From the IMG/VR virus record IMGVR_UViG_3300024319_000011: a DNA stretch of 64,000 nt; one strand, given 5' to 3'. A program made the translations under genes and the position numbers. This document shows positions 10,043-20,212 of this stretch, piece after piece. Origin of the DNA: an uncultured virus (IMG/VR IMGVR_UViG_3300024319_000011) (lineage: Duplodnaviria > Heunggongvirae > Uroviricota > Caudoviricetes). The notes beneath the pieces were generated by a model, which searched no databases, was not told where the DNA came from, and was given only the letters and a program-made list of their open reading frames with translations. How positions within the stretch are numbered: the stretch's first letter is position 1; every line of letters begins with the position of its first letter.

Positions 10043-11403
10043 TCGCCACCTTCGTATAAACCTTGATAACTTTTAGTCCAAGTAGTTCCGTCCCATTTAA
10101 ACTGAACACTTGTTGTTAGGTTAGTTACATATTGCGTAGTAGAAGTTGCACTAGCATCAGTTGATACTGTCCAATTAGAACCATCATATTCAATGATATC
10201 ATTTTTTGAAGCAACTAGACTACCCCAAGCATCTGAGGCATCTGTATTATCACTATCACCTATTGCATTTAGTAATAGATAACGTTGACCACTTGCCGCG
10301 ACCGCCAACCCATCACCTGGGCCACTAGTCAGTGGGTCAATAACTGCGGTTACTGCTGTTAAGGTGTTTGTAGGAATAGTATCTTCATCAACCGTAAATA
10401 GCAAGTAATGATCATCTGCTGGATGATATGCTACAGTACCAACAACTTCTGCTGTCGTTCCTGGAATAGTTAATCTAATTTGAGTAATACCTGCACGCAA
10501 TTCTCCGTACACATCTACTAGACTTTTCCAAAAAATACTACTTGGTTGTCCTTGTGCAGGATCCAGTGTTCCTTCGTTTGATTCAACTTGATTATGTTCT
10601 AATAATTGTAGTTGATTACCTATTAGCACAGTTTGATATCCAAACGGTGTAATCTTTTGTCTTGTGCCTAACAGTAAGTCATCATTGACTAGTGCTTCTT
10701 TAGCATCACCGTTAGCATCAAATACTGATGCAATAATCTTATGCACAGCACCCATTTTAGTAACTCTTGCTGGAGGACTAATCCATATAGGTAAGCTAAA
10801 TGTTAATGTACTGATGTCAATATTTGTGTCTTGCCCCATTGGAATTGATCTTGATGACCAGTTAGTATTGTTTAATTCTACAACACTCAATGAAGTCCAG
10901 TCAACATAGTTATCAGTTGATTGTATTTCTAAACTTGGATTAAACAGAGTCAATACTTGTTCTAATATCTGTAATTTCATTGTAGTGTTTGTAGTCCATA
11001 TATCTAAATTAAGTGTTAAGTTATATGGTACTGGCATTAGTCTTTCTACTGTAAACGCATTGCCTTGTGTCTGTTCGTATGTCTGTGTTTCATCGTCCCA
11101 GGTACGTTGCCTAAATACTTTTTTATCTACAAAGTTAGGTTCTTGCATTCTATCTCTAGCATAGTCTAAACTAGTGATATGAAATGTCATCAATGGTGAG
11201 TTAGGTATTTTGTTAGCTGAATTATCTGCCATAATAACTGAAGCCTGTTTCGAACTATCACCGTAACGAATAGGCACTCTAGTATATGTTGGCTGACCGC
11301 TATCATTTCTGCCATACTCAACTTGAAAGTTTGAAAAAATTCTTGTGAACTGTAATAAGAAGCGTCTTATTTGTTCATCATAAAAGAAACTTTGTAAAGC
11401 CAT
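10024..11403 (-). CDS. gp15: Tail sheath stabiliser/tail terminator (T4 gp15-like) with C-terminal extension
   Basis: FFYDEQIRRFLLQF, VPIRYG, PVPYNLTLNLDIW, QILEQVLTLFNP motifs. Confidence 0.8.
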   Translation of the reverse strand: MALQSFFYDEQIRRFLLQFTRIFSNFQVEYGRNDSGQPTYTRVPIRYGDSSKQASVIMADNSANKIPNSPLMTFHITSLDYARDRMQEPNFVDKKVFRQRTWDDETQTYEQTQGNAFTVERLMPVPYNLTLNLDIWTTNTTMKLQILEQVLTLFNPSLEIQSTDNYVDWTSLSVVELNNTNWSSRSIPMGQDTNIDISTLTFSLPIWISPPARVTKMGAVHKIIASVFDANGDAKEALVNDDLLLGTRQKITPFGYQTVLIGNQLQLLEHNQVESNEGTLDPAQGQPSSIFWKSLVDVYGELRAGITQIRLTIPGTTAEVVGTVAYHPADDHYLLFTVDEDTIPTNTLTAVTAVIDPLTSGPGDGLAVAASGQRYLLLNAIGDSDNTDASDAWGSLVASKNDIIEYDGSNWTVSTDASATSTTQYVTNLTTSVQFKWDGTTWTKSYQGLYEGGEWSLVL

Positions 11404-12563
11404 TAGTTATCCTTTGTAGGCTTGAGCAAGTCACTAAGTGATTGACGACTTGAAATATTGCCTCTGTCTGTTGTTGTAATTGTTTCAGAATTATTAACAA
11501 ATCCACTGCGTTGTGTTTTATTATCACTACCTGGAGTAAGATCTGTTCTCACGCCATCTTCTACTTTAACCCAACGAGCTCCGTCATAACGGAATAATCT
11601 ATTTGGAAAGTAATCTAATCTTAGTGCATAATCACCTTCTGCTGGACTGCCTGGAAAAGAAACTCCGCTAGTCACAGGTTTACCATTTGGAGGTATGTTA
11701 TTGCCTGTTAAGTAACCTACTAGGTAACCATCTGCTTGTGCTGACACACCTGGTGTTTCTGTACTATCGCCATCAGCAACATCTTCATGATTGATTGGTT
11801 CATCGTTTTTAGTAGGAACAACATAGAATCCTGCATTGTCGTAACCACTTGATGGAACTTCAACTTCAGCTTGTTGTAATATTTGATCATTAATTTCTAA
11901 ATTCTTTTTCTTTTGACTTACAAAGTCTTCAATGGTACCAGCTGATGGATTATCCTCATCCATTGGCTTGTTAAGTATATCATTGTATTCTTGACTTGCT
12001 GTAAGAGGTGTTAGTTTAACACGCCATAGGTGTGGTAACCATGTTTGTGAGAAACCTTCTGATGCAAAACTTGCATCTTGCACTACATAATATCTTGGTA
12101 ATGCCTTAGGACCCGAATCGTCTAACGGATGATAATCTTTTAAATTAGGAAACTCAATAACATCACCAGCCATAAGTTTACGACCTAGTGTATCGATCAT
12201 ATCATTATAATGGAATGTTACAAATACTGTGTCGCCATTTAAGAATAATCCAAACTGTGTTAGATCAAAGTCAATATCTTGTGCATTATAGACACCACGC
12301 ATGATGTATATGCTATCATCATATTCACGATCTCTATTTTCTAAGAATAAAACATCTTCAATGAACAAGGGATTTGATTCATCATAGACAGGTCTAGTTG
12401 CATCACCAGTATCTCTGTCTGCAGAATCTCCTACTGTTTTTGGTCCTAGATATTTGTGAACGTACATATCCATACCACCAACAGTATACATTTCTCGGAT
12501 AGTGTTATCTAAGAACTTGTAATCGTTTGTTTTATTTGGTCTGTATAAACTTAGTCTTGGCAT
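11403..12563 (-). CDS. gp14: Neck protein (T4 gp14-like)
   Basis: LTQFGLF...GDVIEFP pattern; adjacent to gp15-like gene; late promoter upstream on the minus strand. Confidence 0.65.
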   Translation of the reverse strand: MPRLSLYRPNKTNDYKFLDNTIREMYTVGGMDMYVHKYLGPKTVGDSADRDTGDATRPVYDESNPLFIEDVLFLENRDREYDDSIYIMRGVYNAQDIDFDLTQFGLFLNGDTVFVTFHYNDMIDTLGRKLMAGDVIEFPNLKDYHPLDDSGPKALPRYYVVQDASFASEGFSQTWLPHLWRVKLTPLTASQEYNDILNKPMDEDNPSAGTIEDFVSQKKKNLEINDQILQQAEVEVPSSGYDNAGFYVVPTKNDEPINHEDVADGDSTETPGVSAQADGYLVGYLTGNNIPPNGKPVTSGVSFPGSPAEGDYALRLDYFPNRLFRYDGARWVKVEDGVRTDLTPGSDNKTQRSGFVNNSETITTTDRGNISSRQSLSDLLKPTKDN

Positions 12564-12604
12564 TTCTATTTCCTATTTTGTATTATTTATCGTCTTTGTC
12601 TGCA

Positions 12605-12633
12605 TTGACAATATATCCAAAAGAATATATAAT
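12605..12633 (+). promoter_or_regulatory. Sigma70-type early promoter
   Basis: TTGACA-N17-TATAAT. Confidence 0.85.
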
Positions 12634-12670
12634 AGCTTTACTTTTATAAAATTTTCTATATAGTTAGCAA

Positions 12671-12934
12671 ATGGATAAAATACATTCATCAGTTGATTGG
12701 CAAGCACTAAGAAACCATTTAGAGCAAAAAATCAGCCATTTAGACTATAAAATTCAAAAAGACTTATATATAATGTTTAAAAATACAGATATATTAGTAA
12801 ATGAATTAAGTATACAAGAAGTTGAATGTCGTAGACTGCATAAGCCTACAAGAAAATTTTTAACTAAGTTAGAAGAAACAAATACAATGATAGCAGATAT
12901 AAACAAGATGATAACCATGGGAGCATTACTTTGA
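12671..12934 (+). CDS. Hypothetical protein
   Basis: 87-aa ORF directly behind a consensus promoter; overlaps the next gene. Confidence 0.55.
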   Translation: MDKIHSSVDWQALRNHLEQKISHLDYKIQKDLYIMFKNTDILVNELSIQEVECRRLHKPTRKFLTKLEETNTMIADINKMITMGALL

Positions 12935-14064
12935 AATTTAAAGAACTTAAAGTAGGAATTGAAGATCGTAAAGCTAAAGGCGATGAACCAAAATTTACTA
13001 CTCAGCCAAAGCCTGAAGAACGTCGACTAAAAATGATGTGGGCATACAACTGGTATGGATATGTCTGCGATAAGAAACAAGCTAAAAAATGGATAGTAGA
13101 ATGGCTTACAGAAAATGACAAAGAACAAAGTAAAAAGTTTAATGCTATTAAAGACAGTTGGACACCAACAACTATAGGTTGGTTAATTAGAATGCAACAA
13201 ACAGGCTTAGAGCTAACTGCTGAAGAAATAGAATATATCAGTGTAAAAGCAAAAGAAGCTATACATAATAATGCAAAGAGTTTAGCTAAAGACGATGCTG
13301 AACAAGAACTAAAACCTAAAGCAAATAAACCTAACATACAAGAAATTATGATAGAGCGAGCACATTTAGCCGCAGGTGACATTGATGGACTATGGGACGA
13401 ATACTTATCGGGCGATATTAAATCAAATGAAAAGCCAATGGTACAACAGTTTTTAGCTGAAAGAAACATACTTGCTCAGCATGTTAATATTATTAAAGAT
13501 GAATGGACAAAACAAAAAAGAGAACTTGAGGACTCTGTCGCTGGCGTAGACGCTGATTTAAGCGAAGGATATAGTTGCTATACTAAGACCCAGCAAAAGA
13601 ACATGATCAAGTACTGTGCGGCGATTATAGCAGAATTAGACGCATATCATCAAAGCAAGAAGGCCAAAGTAGGTATTAGAAAGAAAAAACCAGTACCACC
13701 AGAGAAGCAGGTAAGAAAATTAAAACTGCTAAGAAAGTTTGAAGAGTTTAAATTAGAAACTGTAGAACCTACTAAAATTCTTAAGTCAAGTGAGATGTGG
13801 GTTTACAACATTAAAAATCGTAAACTACAATACTATGTTGCTGATGACTATGCTAAAACTTTTACAGTTAAAGGTACAAGTATTTTAGGATTTGATACTA
13901 ACAAGTCAGCACAAAAGACACTACGTAAGCCACAAGAAGTTCTCAAAGAACTTAGAATGTCGGGCAAGCCAGATAGTCGTAAACTGTTCGACAAACTAAA
14001 AACAACAGCCACAGCAGTTAATGGGCGATTCAACGAAAACTTAATTATCATTAAAGCAACTTAA
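12931..14064 (+). CDS. Hypothetical Lys-rich early protein
   Basis: 377-aa ORF, TTG start with GGAG RBS. Confidence 0.7.
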   Translation: MKFKELKVGIEDRKAKGDEPKFTTQPKPEERRLKMMWAYNWYGYVCDKKQAKKWIVEWLTENDKEQSKKFNAIKDSWTPTTIGWLIRMQQTGLELTAEEIEYISVKAKEAIHNNAKSLAKDDAEQELKPKANKPNIQEIMIERAHLAAGDIDGLWDEYLSGDIKSNEKPMVQQFLAERNILAQHVNIIKDEWTKQKRELEDSVAGVDADLSEGYSCYTKTQQKNMIKYCAAIIAELDAYHQSKKAKVGIRKKKPVPPEKQVRKLKLLRKFEEFKLETVEPTKILKSSEMWVYNIKNRKLQYYVADDYAKTFTVKGTSILGFDTNKSAQKTLRKPQEVLKELRMSGKPDSRKLFDKLKTTATAVNGRFNENLIIIKAT

Positions 14065-14110
14065 TCAATACTCTGCCGAGTTGATAAATACTATTAACGG
14101 AGAAACTTAA

Positions 14111-14866
14111 ATGGCAGATTTAACAACACTAAAAGATGAACTATTCAACTATGTTGACAAACGCCTAGGTGGCGGAATTGTTGACGTTGAACTAGATCCA
14201 GATCATTACGAAGTAGCGTACGACAAAGCATTATCAACTTATAGACAAAGAGCACAGAATGCTTACGAAGAAAGTTATAATGTAGTTGAACTACAAGAAA
14301 ATCAAAATACTTACACACTTCCAACAGAAGTTAGTTCTGTTAGACAAGTATTTAGACGTACAATGGGTGACAGTACTGGCCCATATAGTTCAAGTTTTGA
14401 TCCTTTTTCATCAGCAACTTTAAACGTTTATCTATTAAACTATTCACAAGCAGGTGGCCTAGCAACATATGATATGTACACTCAGTATGTAGAAATGGCG
14501 GCAAGAATGTTTGGTGGTTACATGAATTATACATTTAACCCTGTGACTAAAGTATTAAGTTTAGTCCGTGATCCTAAATCATCAGGCGAACAAATACTGT
14601 TATGGACATACAATCAGAAACCTGAGATAGTATTACTACAAGACAATGCAATGAAGCAATGGCTAAGAGATTATACATTTGCGGCAAGTAAAATGATTAT
14701 CGGCGAAGCAAGAGAGAAGTTTGCCTCTATTGCAGGTCCACAAGGTGGTACAGCACTTAATGGTGCATCACTTAAAGCTGAATCACAAGCCGAAATGGAC
14801 AGACTGATTGACGAGTTAGCAACATACACTGATCACAGTCAACCACTTACTTGGATAATTGGTTAA
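14111..14866 (+). CDS. gp13: Neck protein (T4 gp13-like)
   Basis: RLGGGIVDVEL; WLRDYTFA...GEAREKFASIAGPQGGTALNG; late promoter at 14083 and GGAG RBS. Confidence 0.85.
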   Translation: MADLTTLKDELFNYVDKRLGGGIVDVELDPDHYEVAYDKALSTYRQRAQNAYEESYNVVELQENQNTYTLPTEVSSVRQVFRRTMGDSTGPYSSSFDPFSSATLNVYLLNYSQAGGLATYDMYTQYVEMAARMFGGYMNYTFNPVTKVLSLVRDPKSSGEQILLWTYNQKPEIVLLQDNAMKQWLRDYTFAASKMIIGEAREKFASIAGPQGGTALNGASLKAESQAEMDRLIDELATYTDHSQPLTWIIG

Positions 14867-15276
14867 TGAAAATTTCAGAAATTATAACTGAAGGTGCTGT
14901 TTTTGCTCGCTCGGGCAAAGGTGGAGCCGGTGGGTCAGCTAAAGTTAAGATGAAATGGCGATGCGACAGTGGACCAAGAGCAGGTCGTATTGTAGCAAAA
15001 CCTGCAGACTGTGGCGGTGCTATTGATGTTGCTAAACGAGCAAAAATGAAAAAGACTCGTGCTAGAACTAAAGTTAGAGCGGCACGCAGAGCCAAAAAGA
15101 CAAAAAGATTAAATGTAGCAAGTCGTATTATGCAGTCGTTAAATAAGTTTCATCGTAGAGACTTACAAAAACGTGCTAATCAAAAAAGACGTAAACCAAC
15201 AGAAAAAATCAAAAAACGTGCAACACGCCCAACAAGAGCAACACGTCCAAGTAGAAAGCCAAAAAAATTCAAATAG
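14866..15276 (+). CDS. Highly basic putative internal head protein
   Basis: Starts MKISEIITE (capsid-targeting-like), then K/R-rich; ATG overlaps the gp13 stop. Confidence 0.6.
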   Translation: MKISEIITEGAVFARSGKGGAGGSAKVKMKWRCDSGPRAGRIVAKPADCGGAIDVAKRAKMKKTRARTKVRAARRAKKTKRLNVASRIMQSLNKFHRRDLQKRANQKRRKPTEKIKKRATRPTRATRPSRKPKKFK

Positions 15277-15277
15277 G

Positions 15278-15306
15278 TTGACCATTTAATTTGATAATGC
15301 TATAAT
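15278..15306 (+). promoter_or_regulatory. Sigma70-type promoter, probably leaderless transcript
   Basis: TTGACC-N17-TATAAT; ATG 7 nt after the -10 box. Confidence 0.8.
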
Positions 15307-15313
15307 ACGCATT

Positions 15314-15838
15314 ATGGACTTAATGATTGACATAGAAACACTCGCAACTGGACCTGATGCTATGGTTATGACAATAGCGGCACAGGTATTTGATCCTTTA
15401 TCTACAGGATGGCCTGACCGCCACTTCTATGCTAGAGTTACTCCAGAAAGTCAGCCTAATCGTAAAACAGATGATACTACTATTGAATGGTGGGCCCAAC
15501 AAGGACCTGAAGCACAGCGAGAAGTGTTTGAAGAAGTAGGAAGAAGAGATTTACACGACTGTTTAGACGAACTTGGTAAACTGATATGGCAAAGTGATCG
15601 TATATGGGCAAATGGCATTTGTTTTGATATGAACATACTAGAACATGCTTTCAAAGAACATGGTATTCCTTTACCTTGGAAGTTTTGGAGTGTACGTGAT
15701 GCTAGAACTGTTTATGCTCTTTGGCCAGATTTGCCTCAACCCAAGTCTGCTAGCCATCATGCACTAGATGACTGTAAACGACAAATTAAAATGTTACAAG
15801 ATTGTGTTAAACACCTAGGGATAAACAAACTAAAATGA
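15314..15838 (+). CDS. DEDDh 3'-5' exonuclease (RNase AS/DexA-like)
   Basis: MIDIETL, WANGICFD and HHALDD motifs. Confidence 0.85.
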   Translation: MDLMIDIETLATGPDAMVMTIAAQVFDPLSTGWPDRHFYARVTPESQPNRKTDDTTIEWWAQQGPEAQREVFEEVGRRDLHDCLDELGKLIWQSDRIWANGICFDMNILEHAFKEHGIPLPWKFWSVRDARTVYALWPDLPQPKSASHHALDDCKRQIKMLQDCVKHLGINKLK

Positions 15839-16446
15839 TAATAGCACTTAGCGGAGTAGCAGGAAACGGCAAAGATACTGTAGCAGACTATCTTGTAAAT
15901 AATTATGGATTTAGAAGAGAAAGTTTTGCTGGGAATCTCAAAGATGGCATAAGTGCTGTGTTTGGTTGGGATAGAGAAATGTTAGAAGGACGCTCAAAGT
16001 CAAGCAGAGAGTGGAGAGAACAAGTAGATGAATGGTGGGCAAAACGTTTAGATATGCCCAAGCTTACTCCTCGTTGGATCTTACAGTATGTTGGCACTGA
16101 TGTTATCAGAAGTAATTTTCACGATGATATGTGGATAGCTAGCTTAGAAAATAAACTTAGAAAAACAGATGATAACATTGTTATTTCAGATGTTAGATTT
16201 AAAAATGAAGTAGCTATGTTAAGAAACTTAGGTGCGGTCTGTGTAGAAGTTACTAGATTTGAAAAACCAGACTGGTATCAAATTGCTATGGCTGGCGGCA
16301 GTTTAGAAGACTCAGGTATACATCGAAGTGAGTATGATTGGATTGGTACTAAGTTTAATCATACATTAGATAATAATGGTTCTATGGATGAGTTGTATGA
16401 ACAAATAGAATCTTTACTATCTGACTATATTATACATCAGGACTGA
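15835..16446 (+). CDS. Deoxynucleoside monophosphate kinase (T4 gp1-like)
   Basis: P-loop GVAGNGKDT; TPRWILQYVGTD; ISDVRFKNE; HRSE. Confidence 0.9.
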   Translation: MIIALSGVAGNGKDTVADYLVNNYGFRRESFAGNLKDGISAVFGWDREMLEGRSKSSREWREQVDEWWAKRLDMPKLTPRWILQYVGTDVIRSNFHDDMWIASLENKLRKTDDNIVISDVRFKNEVAMLRNLGAVCVEVTRFEKPDWYQIAMAGGSLEDSGIHRSEYDWIGTKFNHTLDNNGSMDELYEQIESLLSDYIIHQD

Positions 16447-16777
16447 TATCACCCGGCTTCCAAGAAGAATCCTGCTTCTGAAGAATAGCACTGCAATTCA
16501 AACAAACTGATCTTAAATTAATTAATTCTGTGTTATTTAAATTTCCATCTATATGATATACCTGTATTTGACTACCATGCTTTGCTCTAAATTTACAAAT
16601 ATCACACGTAGACTTTTTAACATATCCTTTTAAACGCCATCTTGGTGTAGGTGGTTTTACTTTGCGGTTCTTATTAATGCAAACTGCACACCGACTACGG
16701 TAATGTGTTTTACCGTCTTTTTTATAGTTGATAGCGGCCGGAAATTGATTACAGGCCTTGCATATAGGGCGTTTCAT
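16430..16777 (-). CDS. Zn-binding HNH-like protein
   Basis: CxxC pairs; CDIC...YHIDGNLNN...NLRSVCLNC; start moved to MKRPICKAC (TAAATA-N5-ATG). Confidence 0.7.
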   Translation of the reverse strand: MKRPICKACNQFPAAINYKKDGKTHYRSRCAVCINKNRKVKPPTPRWRLKGYVKKSTCDICKFRAKHGSQIQVYHIDGNLNNTELINLRSVCLNCSAILQKQDSSWKPGDISPDV

Positions 16778-16839
16778 AGCAGTATTTAGTAGAAAACCTT
16801 TGCAAAGGCTCACATAACAGGGTGATTTAGGTCTAATCG

Positions 16840-16847
16840 TATAAATA
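16840..16847 (+). promoter_or_regulatory. T4 late promoter, exact consensus
   Basis: TATAAATA upstream of the tail sheath gene. Confidence 0.8.
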
Positions 16848-16889
16848 TTCGTAACAGTTATATACTGAATTATAAACGAGGAAAATATT

Positions 16890-19800
16890 ATGGCATTAGT
16901 ATCCCCAGGCGTAGAAGTAAGTGTAGTTGACGAAAGTCAATACTTACCAGCCGCAACAAATTCAGTTCCTTATTTGCTTATTGCAACAGCACAAAATAAA
17001 GTAAGTGGTACAGGAACAGGAGTAGCGACAGCAACAACTGCCGCAAACGCAAACAACATACAACTAGTGACTAGTCAACGAGAACTAGCATCACTATACG
17101 GTAGTCCATTCTTTTATTCAAGTACTAACGGTACTCCATTAAATGGCTACGAACTTAATGAATACGGATTATTAGCCGCTCACTCAGTGTTAGGTGTTTC
17201 TAACAGAGCATACGTTCAACGTGTTGACGTTGACTTAGCGGCACTATCAGCAAGACTAACTAGACCAGTTGGTGACGCAGATGATAATTCATACTGGTTA
17301 GACACTGCAGAAACTAAATGGGGTTTATTTGAATTTAGTGCAACGACTGGTAAATTTACAAATAAAGTACCAGTAGCAATTACATCAACAGACGACTTAA
17401 CTGGTGGTGTTCCAAAAGCATCAGTTGGCGCAATTGGTGATTATGCAGTGGTTACAACTAACACAGCAAATCCAGTTTACTATAAAAATAGTGCAGGTGC
17501 GTGGGTATTAGTTGGATCAGACGATTGGCAAAATGCTTGGTACTCAGTACAAAGCGGAACAACTAATCCAGTACTAACAGCAGGACATACTATTATTATT
17601 AATGGTATAACTGTTACTGCTTCAGGTACAACTGTTACTTCGTTAGCAAGTGATATTAACACTTTATCAATTGCTGGTATTACTGCGGCCGCTGTTGAAG
17701 GCAAGCTAGAAATTTATGCAGACTCAGATGTGACTCCAGAAGGATCAGCAGGTGATGGTGCATGGGATATTATAGCAGGCACAGGTACACTACTAACAGA
17801 TTTAAGTATTACAGCTGGTACAAAATATGCTCCAGAATTTACACAGGCTAAGCATACAAGTTTACCACGTTGGAAATCAACTGACACAACTGCACGTCCA
17901 ACAGGCTCTTTATGGCAAAAAACTACTTCAGTTAACAATGGTGCTAACATTGTTGTTAAACAGTATGATGAAGCTACAGATGCTTGGACTACAATCACAG
18001 TTCCATTATACGCTGATGATGCCACAGCAAATAAAGAACTTGATCCAGCAGGCGGCGGTAGAAATGTTACAGCAGGTGTAGTATACGGATATCTAGATTG
18101 GTCTGAAAACTATACAGCTACATTAAAATTACATGTTCGTTCACAAACAGGCGAAACAACAGTAACATCAACAACAGCTAATCCAACAATTACAACAGGT
18201 TCAGAATTTACTATCTCAGCTAGTGCGAAAGGTTCGTCAACAATGACAACAGCAGTTACAGCTACAGTTAGTGGTACAACAATTCAAGACTATGCTTCAG
18301 CATTTAATACTGCTGGTGTAGCTAACACTGTTGCTTCAGTAACTGATGGATTCTTAACAATTAAGCATACACAAGGTGGTGCTATTGAAATTAAAGATAC
18401 AACAAATACAGCTACATTAGAAGCGTTTGGTATTTCAGCGTTAGCTGATTTAGGTGCTAACACAAGAGTTAAAGCAGACGGTTCAACAGTTATATTTTCA
18501 AACTGGAACTCATTAACATATGAAGCTAAAGCAACTGAACCTACACAGGATCCAGCTAACTTAACATACTGGTATCATTCAGCAGTTGACGAAGTTGACA
18601 TGCTAGTACATGATGGTTCTAACTGGAAAGGTTACCTAACAGTAACAAATGATGTTAGAGGATTCAATCTTTCTAACACAAATGCTAAAGGTATTCAAGT
18701 ATCAGCAAGTGCACCAACAACACAGAACGATACTGCTAAAACAGCATTAGCATATGGTGACTTATGGTTAGACTCAAGTGACTTAGAAAACTATCCAATA
18801 GTTAAACGTTGGGAAAGTGTTGACGGAACTGATCAATGGGTAACTATTGATAACGCAGATCAAACAACAGAAAACGGTATTTTATTTGCAGACGCTCGTT
18901 GGTCAACAGCAGATGTTGATCCAGTAAGTGGAGATATAGCAACTATTACAGCACTAGCATCAAGCAACTATCTAGATGCAGATGCACCGAGTGCGGCACT
19001 ATATCCAGCAGGTACATTATTGTTTAACACACGACGTTCAGGTTACACAGTTAAACAATATAAAACAGATTACTTTAATGCAACTGACTTTCCAGATGCT
19101 AGCTTACCAACAAACAAAGATGCGTGGGTAACTGTGTCAGGTAATAAAGCAGATGGTTCACCTTACATGGGTAGAAAAGCACAACGTCAAGTTGTGGTAG
19201 CGGCTATGAAAGCAGGCATTGATACAAACACAGCAATACGTGAAGAACAAAGAGAGTTTAACTTATTAGCGGCTCCAGGTTATCCAGAGTTAATTCAAAA
19301 TATGGTAGCACTTAACAATGACAGAAACAACACTGGTTTTGTTATTGGTGATACACCATTTAGATTATCAGATAACTCAACAGCGTTACAAAACTGGGCA
19401 AGCGATGCAGGTGGTGAAGGTACAGACGGTGAAGATGGACTAGTAACAAATGATCCATATGCGTCAGTATTTTATCCGTCAGCTAGAGCAAATGACTTAA
19501 CAGGCACAGCAGTAGTTGTTCCAGCATCACATGCGATATTAAGAACAATTATTAGAAACGACGAGCAAGGTTATCCATGGTTAGCTCCAGCAGGTAACAG
19601 ACGTGGTTTAATTGACAATGTTACAGCATTAGGTTATGTTACAGCAACTGGTGAGTTTGAACAAGTTGCAAACAGAGAATCAGTACGTGACACTCTATAT
19701 GAAAACAATGTTAACCCACTAACTTTTGTTCCAGGTAGCGGCTTAACTAACTACGGTAACAAAACTGTTGCAGGTGCTACATCAGCACTAGACAGAATTA

Positions 19801-20114
19801 ACGTAGCTAGATTAGTTGCATACTTACGTGGTAAATTAGAAGCAACTGGTAAAGCATTTATGTTTGAACCAAATGATACAATTACACGTAACGAAGTTAA
19901 GAATGCAGTAGAACAGTTATTAAACGATATTACTGCTAAACGTGGTATTTACGATTACCTAGTTGTTTGTGACGAAACAAACAACACTCCAGCAAGAATT
20001 GATAGAAATGAACTTTATATTGATATTGCTATTGAACCAACTAAAGCAGTTGAGTTCATTTACATTCCAGTAAGAATTAAAAACACTGGAGAAATTGAAG
20101 CAGGTAATTTATAA
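16890..20114 (+). CDS. gp18: Tail sheath protein
   Basis: LVSPGVEVSVVDES N-terminus; PWLAPAG, ALDRINVARL, FEPND, VVCDETNNTPARIDRNEL, IEPTKAVEFIYI. Confidence 0.95.
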   Translation: MALVSPGVEVSVVDESQYLPAATNSVPYLLIATAQNKVSGTGTGVATATTAANANNIQLVTSQRELASLYGSPFFYSSTNGTPLNGYELNEYGLLAAHSVLGVSNRAYVQRVDVDLAALSARLTRPVGDADDNSYWLDTAETKWGLFEFSATTGKFTNKVPVAITSTDDLTGGVPKASVGAIGDYAVVTTNTANPVYYKNSAGAWVLVGSDDWQNAWYSVQSGTTNPVLTAGHTIIINGITVTASGTTVTSLASDINTLSIAGITAAAVEGKLEIYADSDVTPEGSAGDGAWDIIAGTGTLLTDLSITAGTKYAPEFTQAKHTSLPRWKSTDTTARPTGSLWQKTTSVNNGANIVVKQYDEATDAWTTITVPLYADDATANKELDPAGGGRNVTAGVVYGYLDWSENYTATLKLHVRSQTGETTVTSTTANPTITTGSEFTISASAKGSSTMTTAVTATVSGTTIQDYASAFNTAGVANTVASVTDGFLTIKHTQGGAIEIKDTTNTATLEAFGISALADLGANTRVKADGSTVIFSNWNSLTYEAKATEPTQDPANLTYWYHSAVDEVDMLVHDGSNWKGYLTVTNDVRGFNLSNTNAKGIQVSASAPTTQNDTAKTALAYGDLWLDSSDLENYPIVKRWESVDGTDQWVTIDNADQTTENGILFADARWSTADVDPVSGDIATITALASSNYLDADAPSAALYPAGTLLFNTRRSGYTVKQYKTDYFNATDFPDASLPTNKDAWVTVSGNKADGSPYMGRKAQRQVVVAAMKAGIDTNTAIREEQREFNLLAAPGYPELIQNMVALNNDRNNTGFVIGDTPFRLSDNSTALQNWASDAGGEGTDGEDGLVTNDPYASVFYPSARANDLTGTAVVVPASHAILRTIIRNDEQGYPWLAPAGNRRGLIDNVTALGYVTATGEFEQVANRESVRDTLYENNVNPLTFVPGSGLTNYGNKTVAGATSALDRINVARLVAYLRGKLEATGKAFMFEPNDTITRNEVKNAVEQLLNDITAKRGIYDYLVVCDETNNTPARIDRNELYIDIAIEPTKAVEFIYIPVRIKNTGEIEAGNL

Positions 20115-20140
20115 AAGTATAAGTAATTATATACGCAGAT

Positions 20141-20164
20141 AATGGTTCTTCGGAGCCATTTTTT
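20141..20164 (+). terminator. Rho-independent terminator
   Basis: AATGGTTC-TTCG-GAGCCATT plus T-tract. Confidence 0.85.
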
Positions 20165-20212
20165 GTGACTGCAGAGTGATAAATACTTGCATAACAAGAA
20201 GGAGATATACAA

